Part shown: in pieces, positions 12,152-22,934 of the stretch
How the letters are laid out: the number at the start of each line of letters is the position of its first letter
Position numbering within the stretch: the first letter of the stretch is position 1
From: Zancudomyces culisetae HAW-14-8
Taxonomy: Eukaryota; Fungi; Kickxellomycota
Length of the DNA: 64,000 nucleotides
Reading direction: 5' to 3'
Assembly: GCA_052426225.1 (NCBI GenBank)
Contig: JBNJNM010000012.1
Coordinates: 372,001 to 436,000 of the forward strand
Translations under genes and position numbers: made by a program
Notes under the pieces: generated by a model
What the model saw: the letters and a program-made list of their open reading frames with translations, nothing else
Databases searched by the model: none
What the model was told of the DNA's origin: nothing

Positions 12152-13952
12152 CTACTTTCTGAATGCTCTTGGGTTGATTTCCATTCCAACGTTTTCGTTG
12201 TTGAAGGCACGGTAGTGTCTGATATACTTCATGGCTGACACCTCAAGCATTTGTGGCTCAATTCCTAGATCCTTGAATCCATAAATCTCGCTGTTGGCTG
12301 TTGGAATTTCATCAATATCCATTAGATCAACCTCGTGGGGGCTGGTGTAGTGGTACGGCAGAATATCCAACAACTGGGCCGCACGTCGCAATATTGGCTT
12401 GGGGATATGCACAACATTGACTTTCTCTCTCAACAGCAAAGATACCAAGTCTACAATATCTTGTTTTGTGTACTCTCTTGGATTATAAAGCTCAAACGTC
12501 TTGCCCAAAGTCCATTCATTCTGTCCCATCTCCACTATTGCCTTGGAAACATCTTCAACCTAGTAAATTACATTATATTATATTATATTATACCACACCA
12601 TATCATACAAATTGTAACTTTGGTTGCAGTTACTTTTAATATTTGTATTGTTTTGTTTTTCTTAACCATCATATCTTTTTTGCTAATGTACAATATCACA
12701 AATTAATAATAATAAAAAGAGCACTTAGTTGGCTTACATTAACTGGTCGAAGTTTTGTTTGGCTGTTAAGCATTATATAAAATGTCTTCCAATCTATTTA
12801 GTATGCAAAAAAAAAAGTTATTGAGGTTTTATACTGCAACAATAAATACCTATTCGCTCACAATCCCATAAAAATAACAAAAACTTACATCCAACATTGT
12901 TCAGCAACTCATCTTCATACCCGTACATAGCGGCTGGTCGAACAATCGTGGCATCTGGGTAGCATTCACGAACCATATGCTCACCCTTAGCCTTGCAGCT
13001 CAAAATCTCGGATGGTGAGCTTGCGTCTGCTCCCAACCGACTCACGTGGATAAATCTCGCTACTCCCAGTTCTTGTGCGGTTGTCGCAATATCCATTGCT
13101 CCCTGAATGTGTACCTTTTCAAGTGTAAAATTCTTGGTTTCGTAGTTTCTTCCTGCCAAATTGATCACAAGATCTGAATGTATCATTGCCTCTTCCAATT
13201 GTCTTGGGATACGAAGATCGCATTCCTGTTCATATGTATCAATATTAACGTCAATATCAATGTCAATATATGTTTTAATAACTGTTGTGATCATACTTTC
13301 CAAATGATATCACGCAAAAGAAATAAAAGGCGTAGTGGTAGTGACAAAAGACCATCTACTTACAATCTGTGTGACCATTCCAAGATCACCCTGTGGAATC
13401 AAATGTCTTGTGTGTTCCTTCAATCCTCTATATGGAACTATCACCTTAGTACCTTCTCTAGCCAACTTTGACACCACATATCTTCCCAAAAACCCTGTGG
13501 CTCCAAATACAGTCGCCGTTCTTCCGTTCCATGCTTGTCTACCTACTGGTCCCTGGCTGACCAAGGGCTCATTTGTAGTTTTTCGTACTACCAGATCTGA
13601 CTTGGTTCTCTAAATTATTTCATTTCATTTTATGGATTAGCCTCTCCAGTCTTTATAGTTATTGTTGAGTACGTCCTCTTCTTCCATACAACCTGTTGTT
13701 TCTTGTATAGGTCTTTTTACTTTTATTCAAATTATATATATTTACCTTTGCACTCAGATTGACCAATCTTGATCCTAATTGCAAAAAAAGGGTGTATTTT
13801 TTATCAATTCTAGACCCAAGTACACATTACTTTTGGAAATAAATCCCCAAATATCTGTGTCTCTTTATTCATAATTCTGTGTTTATTAACAGTATAAAGA
13901 AAGCTTATAATTCTTTACCTTGTGATCTCAATGATGATATTCTAAAGCTCAT
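12152..13952 (-). CDS. NDUFA9: NADH:ubiquinone oxidoreductase 39/40 kDa subunit (NDUFA9/nuo-40), 6 exons: 13952-13919, 13774-13746, 13609-13364, 13225-12889, 12793-12738, 12559-12152
   Basis: Hand-spliced with GT-AG introns in consistent phase. Mitochondrial presequence MSFRISSLRSQGSRLVNLSAKR; ATVFGATGFLGRYVV; GDLG; VINLAGRNYETKNF; TIVRPAAMYGYED. Confidence 0.92.
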
Positions 13953-15239
13953 TTTATCCTTTATCTTTGTTCTTCCTTTTTCTTTTCGTTTATCAAATAC
14001 TGGGTAATGATCCTAAATCAAAAATCAACACAACCAAAAAAAAAATACAATTCCTGAATCTATATTACTTTCGCGAACCACTAACGCAATCAATAGACTT
14101 TTCCAGAAAAGGGTTTGAGATTTAGTTCTTTTGGATTTATTAATATTTTTATTTTGTTTTATTTTATTTGGATATCTCAAATTTTTATTTTAGTGTTTAT
14201 ACTTTTCGTAATTATATCATTTTTTCCGCTTGTTTTATATCGTAATTTGAAAACGAAAAACTCTACCAATCCCTCCCAAGTTTAATTTTTTTTACTTTTG
14301 TTTGAATGTATTGTAAAGGCCGCAGGATAAATGGCACTACTGCTATTACTACTACTACTACATCTTTACATAGCACAAAGATGAAATGTTCACTAAAACA
14401 CTCTTATCTCATGCATTTTCCGCTTTTGTATACTCCTGTATACTATTTGGAGCTTGGTAATTATATCACAATTTTCTTTATTTGCTCTTAAAACGACTAC
14501 ACTTTCATTTTTATTTCCATTCCCTTTTTTTTTTCTTGCCGTCTAGTTTTGCTCTTATCTATAAAATCCCTCCCTCCTCCCCATACATCTTCTATTTCTC
14601 AAATTAATAGGTCTGCTTTTTTTTTTCCATCAGAAACTCAGAAACAAAAAAAACAATAATATCGTTAATATCAACAACAAATTGATTTTGCATGACTTTA
14701 TTATTGGTCTGGCAGTTGAATGCTTTACTGAAAAAAAAAATTTAAAATTTTTTTTAGCTGTTGACTGTCTGGCCTCACATGGTCCTGCAACACCCACATG
14801 AAAAAGCTACGTTTCAACCGAACGAGCTAATTCAAGAGTCTCAGTTAAAAACATAAAAGAAAGGGAGTTGGGTATACTAGAGAAATACACATATATTATC
14901 GATCTTGTTGTGTTTATCCACTTACACCTTCTTTCCTTCATACCATCAACCAATCCCCCCCCCTCACACCAGTTTCACGATAATATTCAATTTATTTGCC
15001 ATTTTCAACTAAAACACATAAAAACATATTACCAAAACACATCCCACAATTGATCAGTTCACAAAGTATCGGTTTGTGTATTATATTTGGCTAACTAAAC
15101 CATATCACAGATTTTAGTATAAAAACGATTTAAATCGTGTCATATCATTAATATCCCAAGTATTATAATTCAAAATATATATAGAAAGGTAAAAAAAAAT
15201 GTTAAATAAACGGGATTCATTTTATATTGCTTATTCCGG

Positions 15240-16949
15240 CTACTGTTGCTCATCCATATCCTCATCTTCGTTTCCATGATCAAACAAATAGTTTGCTGCC
15301 AGCTCCTCGTTTTTATCACAAACGAAATATGCACGAATTACTGCGTCTCTTTTAAATCCCAACGCCTCAAGCTATATAGAAGTAAAACAAACATGTCATA
15401 ATTTATATTTTACAAAGTTATTGTGGAATTTCGCCCAAAAAACCATGCTTGTTTAAAAATAAAGCAAAATAAGGCATATCTTACCCTTTCAAATGCCTCC
15501 ATTTCTTCCGGAGTAACCTGGATATAACCACTTCCCTCACCCATACCTGGCTCAAATCCCTCTTGCTCCTCCTGTCCATCAAACTCTTCTCCCAAAAGCA
15601 TTTGCAGAAACGCCTCTTTGTTCTGATTAATGTAATGAAGTAGCTGTGGGTTTGATACAGCGAGCTGTTCTAAAATTGGCTGCAGAGCCTCTGGGTTTGA
15701 TCTCACCATCTGTCTTATTTGCTGAAATTGTGGCAAGCTCTCCAAGAACGAAAAATCGGCTGCTGCACCCTCACCTCCTGACGCTGCTGCTGCACCATGT
15801 GGTTGTGATTGGGCCCGCATAGCCTCATTAAATAAATTTCCACCCTGTGTTTGTGTATTTTGTGGTGCAGCCTCCTCTTCCTGTGGAAATTCTGGAATTC
15901 CGCTAAATAAATATTCTACAGCTCTATCTGGGTTGTTAAAGCTAGCTCTCATTGCTCGGACACACATTTCACGCTCATACCCCATTTCCATCATTGTTTG
16001 GATTGCAGTTTCGTATGCTTGCCCCGTCACTATTATATACCAGTTTGCTCACCTTTAAGATAAACTTTCATTTACATATAGCTGCAGGTATCTCGCGAAT
16101 CTGGCTGAGGAATAAAACAAAAACAAATATATAGAGTGTATGTAAAACATTACCTAGTCCAGCATCACCAGCTTCATCTTCGGCTTCAGCTAACTCTGCA
16201 CCTTGTTGAACGGATTGTCCCTCTGCCTCTTCTGCTGTTCTAGCAGGCTCACCGCGCGAGCCAGTAGGGGAGGCTGGTGTGGCTTTTACTTCAGGAGCTT
16301 GTCTTCCTTGTTGTGGTGCCTGTGGGGTTTCAGGTACCTTTTCGCTACTGGCCATTGGAGTACTCTCTACTGGTTTCTTTGGCTCTGCTGTTTTCGATGT
16401 TGATGGCTGAACCTATATTTAATACCATATTTCAATTATATCTCACAATTGTTAGATGTAAAATAGGATTGATTGAAAATAAATGTGAAAACATCATAAA
16501 ATTTTATTTCTCTTACCTTTGTTGTCATCAAAATCATAAAATCTTTCTCGGTAATGCTTATTCCTTCGACCGTTTCTTCATTCTTTAAGATTTTACCTAG
16601 ATTTTATTCGATTATGTTGCTAACTTGATTCATTTTCATGTATCTATAAACGACACCAAATTAGAGTACTATTTATTTATTCGTTTTACCTTTGAAAATC
16701 AGCTTCTGTGCTTCTTTTTCAAATCCCTTTTCCAGCCTGATTTTCTCTTTTAGATCTTCAATCTAATTTTGCCATTCCAAGCTGTTAGTGATGTACCGTC
16801 CTTATATTATTATTATGTCATATGGAAATATAACCCAAACCATATTACTTCAAATAAAGCTCTAATACTCTTAAATAGCTTACAGTGTCGCTGGGAGAAA
16901 CCTCAATCTCGAATTTGTCTTTGTTTAGAGTTTTGAGTGTGACTTTCAT
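15240..16949 (-). CDS. RAD23: UV excision repair / ubiquitin shuttle protein Rad23, 6 exons: 16949-16884, 16762-16690, 16596-16517, 16412-16154, 16029-15485, 15371-15240
   Basis: UBL ([17 protein letters not shown]...[11 protein letters not shown]), UBA1 (MEMGYERE...[14 protein letters not shown]), XPC-binding ([14 protein letters not shown]), UBA2 (LEALGF...[13 protein letters not shown]). Splice phases are consistent. Confidence 0.95.
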
Positions 16950-17200
16950 CTTTGATTTGTATTTCTTTGTTTATTTTAACGGTGCTACCAAATTATTCAA
17001 TCTTTCCTAATTCCCTATCAATCTTTGAAAAGAGTCTTCAATCTACAGTTATTCTACAGCTCTAGCCTATACCTGCTTTTTCTGCTCTTCAGAAACTTGT
17101 AAGCGAGTTTTTTTTTATGTACTAAATAAGCTACCGAAAACTCGCAATTTAAATTAAGGTTGAAAAAAACAACATGAATGGAAAAATTATGCTAAAAAAA

Positions 17201-17212
17201 TTTGGCGGGAAA
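17201..17212. promoter_or_regulatory. E2F-type consensus site TTTGGCGGGAAA about 250 bp upstream of the RAD23 ATG
   Basis: Exact match to TTTSSCGSSAAA. Function is inferred only. Confidence 0.3.
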
Positions 17213-17767
17213 TTCTGGAATTAATGCATCCCAGGTTGGCGGACAAAAAAAAACATTTTCCTCGTGTTAATTTCTTAGATCCAAATAAAGAACAGGTAAA
17301 AGAAAAAAAAAGTTGCTATGCTGGAAATATGTTACATTTCATAAAGCACTTCTTAGTGTTCATGGAATTAAACTGACAAAAAGTAGGATACCATCTTCCG
17401 TTGGAATGGTCGAATCCGTCTTTTCAGTATTTGAAGGTTGCCCGCACTAGTTTTGTTAAACGAAAAACAGAAATGTCCGATCATTTATATGGCTGAGCTT
17501 GTAATATATACTTTGACTTTGATTCTTCATGTAGAGGTATGAACACGACCAAGAATTTACAATTTGTTACCAGGCCACGGAATCGACGGTATTACAACAC
17601 CAAAAGAAATAAATATAAAATGAAAAAGTACATACATACAACTACTGCAATATTTACCAAACTTTTCGTAATACCGTGGCACTATATAGGTCACTCACAT
17701 CATAGTGCTACAGCACCAGAAGAGCATACGAGTTATAAACAACAACAGGAAATAAAGAGTGAAAAGA

Positions 17768-17808
17768 TTTGATTTGATATGATACGATATGATATGATAT
17801 AATATAAT
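17768..17808. repeat. Degenerate pentanucleotide microsatellite (TTTGA/TATGA/TATAA)
   Basis: tttgatttgatatgatacgatatgatatgatataatataat read directly. Confidence 0.7.
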
Positions 17809-18188
17809 ACCAAATGTTTTGCTTTTCAGCCACTTAAGCATCATTAATATGATCTTTAGAAACGATTCCGGTCTTCTAAACCTAACTCACACCAATCGAG
17901 CATTTTCTCTGGATTTTGTATTTAGTAAAACACACAAAGTTACCCTAATAGCCGACTACCAAAATACTAAAACATCTAAAAATAATAGTAATGTGAATAT
18001 CATTTTCTGTTTAGGCTTTTTTTTCTCGTTTTCACAATCTTTTTCCTTCACTAGTATCTTCAGAACAAGGGAACCGTCTGTATTGAAGAGAAAAAACAGG
18101 AAATTATAAGAATTGGTTCTGTAGATGTACATCTTAATCCATTTCACTTCGAGTACAGAATTCGATTCCCAACAATGCACACATCGTT

Positions 18189-18455
18189 TTAAATATAATC
18201 GTAAGATTCGAATATAACGGTTGCTATTTATTTAATGTATACATATTTGACTTTGTTCAGTATATACAATTAATGAAATCCTGTACACATATACTCCCCT
18301 CTTATCAAATCCACGGGTATTGGCTAAATTAAAGAAAATCACGAACCTATTCTGAAAGCCAGCACGAGACCTACGAATTTCATAGCTGATGATCTTGTCT
18401 CAGCTTGCATTTCAGCAATCTGCTCCTTTGTCGGTTCTGGAACTGTCCCAAACAT
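18189..18455 (-). CDS. TOM5: Mitochondrial import receptor small subunit Tom5-like, 2 exons (18455-18347, 18223-18189), ~47 aa
   Basis: MFGTVPEPTKEQIAEMQAETRSSAMKFVGLVLAFRI|ATVIFESYDYI*. The MFG start, acidic helix and C-terminal TM match fungal Tom5. Donor GTTCGT, acceptor AAATAG; the second exon is less certain. Confidence 0.68.
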
Positions 18456-19077
18456 TATTAGTTTTTTATTATTAAAATAAACTGTCTACTTTGAAGCAAG
18501 TGTTCAAGATTATAATATTTTGTTATTTTTTTTTGGTTACCCTGTATTTGCTCTAGTTATAGTACATCTCAAACAAAAATGCCGATAAAGCTGATAAAAC
18601 TTTTTCTCTCCCATCCACTGGACTGATTGAGACTGCATAAAGGCGAAAAATCTCTCCATCAGTTGATTGGTACTGGATGTATGTACATCTGAAAACCTGG
18701 AAATTACATCAAACTCTAAAAAAAAAATTTTTTTGTGCAATTGATTATAACGATTCGCTAAAAGCAACTGTGTGTAATGAAGACAGCTGTGATAATTGGC
18801 TGTACAAATAGGCAATAGCACAAAATCCCAAGCCAAGATCATCATATTTGTTGGTATACCAAGTAGAATATCTTGACATCACCATACTTGACGGTTTCTT
18901 TCACAATGTATCTCTCCACCTGCTTGTGAATATAGAGGGAGAGGAGTTGCATGGAGCCAGATGCCAGGATAAATTTTATTTATTATTTTAGAATTCAATG
19001 CCCTATAAAAAGCAAAATAATTGATCCATACGGACAGAAAATACACAACATATGTTAGCACTCGCAAACTAGAATGG

Positions 19078-20643
19078 TCATTTATATAGTAGAAATAGCT
19101 TAAAGGAGGTGTTGATGAGATAATAAACCGCAAGCTGACGACACGACAACCCAAACATTACAATCACAAATGCCCACTTTGTACTCAAACCAAACAGTAC
19201 TATATGATAAGTCATAAAAAAAATCGAGTTAGCAATTTTTATTATATGTGCATTTCCAAACCTTGTAGATTTGAAAAGAAGGGTGGAACGTCTGAATATT
19301 GTGTTTTAAAGTATTATTCAGCTTATACGTACCTGCTAGGGCTGAAGCGTGGGAGGTGTAAGTCAAAAAATCCAAAAGCAACGAGTAGTTTGGATCTTTG
19401 AAATCCCATATCACCAACAAAATCATCAGAATTTTCCCAAAGCTAGAAACTATTATAGCTGTAGCAATATTCGTCCACCTAACAGTAGTAAAAATTTGTG
19501 TAAAACTCGTTAATCCTAATGTGCATTTAAAAAACTAATGATATCTTATTTGAGACTGCAAAAGCAAAATGTATCGGTGCATATAAAAAATACCTTTCTA
19601 CTTGGCTGAACGACCTTTGGTGAATGATTAAGGCGGCAACAATTCCGAGGATATATACCAGAAAATCTGTTTTTACATGATAAAGTAAATACTTAGTATA
19701 GAAATATTTGTCACACACCCTCTCAGATACCAAGCAAAAACCGCCTTTTTTCTAATAAAAAAAAAGTAGGGGAAGGAGCTTAGTAAGTGGCATTTGTATC
19801 CTGTATGCTTACCAATAATACAAAGAAATAGAATAAACAGGTACTGAAGAATAAAGTGCTGTTGAGAACCAAAGATTAGCTTCTCTTGGTTTCTAGCTTT
19901 CCCTCCCTCCTCGAGTCGGAACCATGAAATATATACATTGAAAAGCACCAGAAGTACTGCAATTTTAAATACATTTTTCTACGTTTTTTTATAGTCGAAA
20001 TGTTAGTATTCTCTCAATCCAGAATGTAAAAGGTGGAAGGTTGGACATTGTGAACTCATTACCTCCAAGCTTGTTTTCCTAAAATTCTTTTTATTAACAA
20101 GCAGATGTCTATAAACCTGCGATTTGAACAGGATGATGTCAATAAAGATGATAATCACATCGTGTTCCACATATTTATCAACAAAGCATTGACAGTTTTC
20201 CTGTAAGAGCAGTCCCCATATCCATTCATTAAAAAATAAAAATCCTGTGTTAGTGAGTTTGTTAAAAGTAAAATATAACATGTATCAGATACATAAAACG
20301 AAGGAACAGACTATTATATGACTTACACATTGGGTGAGGCGAATATTACCCTTACTGTACTCGGTATACAAGCTTGAAACGGGTGTTCCGCACTCAATAC
20401 AAATGTAATTCTTTGAACTACTTTTACTTTTCTCACTTCTAGAATAAGCAGTTATTATACTTGTAATTTTGTATATTTGCATATACTCATGTAATGAAAG
20501 GATTGGAGAAAAAAAAAATATTTATGTGACATAGAGAGCATAATATTACCTGGAATGACCTGTGTTGGGTACGCTTTCCTTACTCTTCTCGTTTTCATCG
20601 TCTTTATCAAGAGTTATAATCTCGAGTGGTGACAATGAATTTT
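19078..20643 (-). CDS. ARV1: Sterol/lipid homeostasis protein Arv1, multi-exon; 5' end uncertain (ATG at 20482 or further upstream exons to ~21071)
   Basis: Zn motif YICIECGTPVSSLYTEYSKGNIRLTQC|ENCQCFVDKYVEHD...YRHLLVN; LLVLFNVYISWFRLE; AIIVSSFGKILMILLVIWDF. The last exon 19199-19078 ends LFLLYK*. Phases are consistent across GT-AG introns. Confidence 0.88.
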
Positions 20644-21878
20644 CTAGTAGTTTACAATGCAGATTAAACAGATAAAAACGACTTTAGCCATAAAAAACAG
20701 GATACTAAAAATAAACAATCGAGCTACGACAAAGGCTTACTTGGAGCAAACGTTAAGACGACAGCTGCAAAAGCCCAAAATAGAACCAACGGAAATAAAA
20801 ACGAATATGTGCTGTCACCCAGTGCATGGCATTCACAGCCCAATCTCAAACACTGTACAAGTTCCCAGTTTTTGATATCTATAAAAATGATTTTTGAATA
20901 AGCTGAAATCCATACTATGACACCCTCTCTTTTACATTTTTTTTATTAGGGATTTCGTTAAAAAAAAGTACCTTTTACACTTGTCAAGCTAACCGTACAC
21001 ACCAAAACATGCAGTGGTGTGAACAATTGAGTAAGCGTATCTCCTATTAAGTCCATCTCGCTTCAGTTCTTCTATATTTTATTCGTATGTTGTATGATAA
21101 TTTGAGACCAGAAGTGGATTTGCTCGAAAATCGTTCTTATCTCCGAAATACGCATTTCGACTAAAAGTGGTAAAAAATCCTCTAAGCAACTTACATTTGA
21201 ATGTAAATCTTTCAGAACATCGCCGAAGCCTCAGTATACTTCAGTTCGATAGTAATTACCCTGTTGTTTTTGTGCGGTTATACTATTGTTTGCTTTGTTT
21301 TTATTTCGAAAGTGTAGAGCAATTTAGATGCTACTCAGCTAGTTATTTATTTTTAGTAGTCTATTTGAACAATGTCTAGATAAGCCCAATAGAATACTAC
21401 AATTTTTGTAAAAGCCTACAATATCACAAGCAGAGATATTCGCAGTGTTGTGAGCATGCGGCTATCAAACTATTTTTGATCCTGGTAGAGATGGTTAGCT
21501 CTAAGCCAATACCCCATGATGTATTACCATAAAAACTATCCCAAAATGTATTATTTTTCCCTATACTATAAACACTATATGATAAATAACAGCTTCAGAG
21601 AAAAAAAAGGTCGTCAAACTCCACCAACGCTTTTCTATTAAAAAAACAACCCAAGGTCTGTTTTATATTGTAATGCGAAACTGATACATTAGTCTATGTG
21701 CATTTGTATTACTGATCGACTTGTCAAAGACAATAAAAGCAATAACAGTATCAAAAATATTTTAATAAAGCATCGAGTTAATGTAATCAAGTTGAAAAGG
21801 CTCTATGTGGCAAAATATCAGTATTTCAGTTAAACTGGCTGGGGTAAAACAAATCCAAGTAAGCTTTTTAGGGGTAAA

Positions 21879-22934
21879 TCAACACAAACAGACATTTGGG
21901 TTGGCGTCTCTGTCTATTGTTATGGACTCTGTATAATCCCTACATTTTGAGGATAAGTAAAGCAATCAAATATAAGTACGTTTCTCTATCTGAACGAGAC
22001 ATTGAAGTTAAAAAATATGTATTCATGTGAAATTATTTTTATATTACTCTAAGTTGTCCAGGTACTCTTGTTGTCTAAACGCATTCCCAACTATGATACG
22101 AAAGGCATGATCAATATTGACACCTTCTTTGGCACTTGTTTCAAAATATGGTATATCTCCTACTGATTTACACCATGAGATTGCCTTTGCAGAAGAAACC
22201 TATATGTAAAAGCGTAGTTGTTCAGATATACCTTGGCCAAACCAAGGAAAAGATTTTCTTTTTGTCTTTTTTTCTTTTTTTAGAAAAAAGCAGTTACTAG
22301 GAAAACTTACTCGATCGTTGTGTTGGATGTCAATTTTGTTTCCAAGTACCACAAATGGAAAATTGTGCGGATTTTTGGGTGAAGCAGTGCTTACGAACTC
22401 CTCCCTCCAATATTTTAGCTTTTCAAACGACTGTGCGTTGTTTACATCAAAACATAATACACAGCAATCCGCCCCACGATAAAAAGCAGCACCAAGGCTC
22501 TGGAATCTTTCTTGTCCTGCTGTATCCCATATCTATGTATACATGTTTTTTTAAATTTAATCCCAATACGTTCCATATAGGTTAACTAGTGGAATAGTAC
22601 CTGTAATGTAACTGGTTTTCCTTCTATTACTAATTCTTTAGACATAAAATCCGCGCCGATCGTGGCCTTATATTGCGTCGAAAATCTTTTATTTACATAT
22701 TGGTTGATAAGAGCTGTTTTTCCTACACTAAAATATATAAAATAAGAATTATATAACATTTATTTTTGTTTTGTTGGTTTACATAACTCAATTTAAACTT
22801 ACCCACTGTCACCCAGGATTATAACCTAAGTATAGTACGATATATTAGAATTACATCAACAACACGCATTACCTATTAACAAAAAATTAAAATCAGATTT
22901 ATACCTTGAGTATTGTTCTATTTCTCCTTCGCAT
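21879..22934 (-). CDS. YPT7: Rab7/Ypt7-family small GTPase, 204 aa, 6 exons: 22934-22905, 22825-22803, 22727-22601, 22532-22311, 22199-22048, 21939-21879
   Basis: Not in the ORF track. Spliced product: [10 protein letters not shown]|VIILGDSG|VGKT...YKATIGADF...LQ|[24 protein letters not shown]...[12 protein letters not shown]|...[17 protein letters not shown]...|...VCLC*. All G boxes and a CxC prenylation motif are present. Confidence 0.95.

Noticed and set aside
17383-17446. Exon-like segment followed by GTATCCTAC on the minus strand, resembling a U12-type donor
   Set aside because: It deviates from GTATCCTT, there is no clear U12 branch site, and it cannot be linked to a gene. The introns I reconstructed look U2-type.
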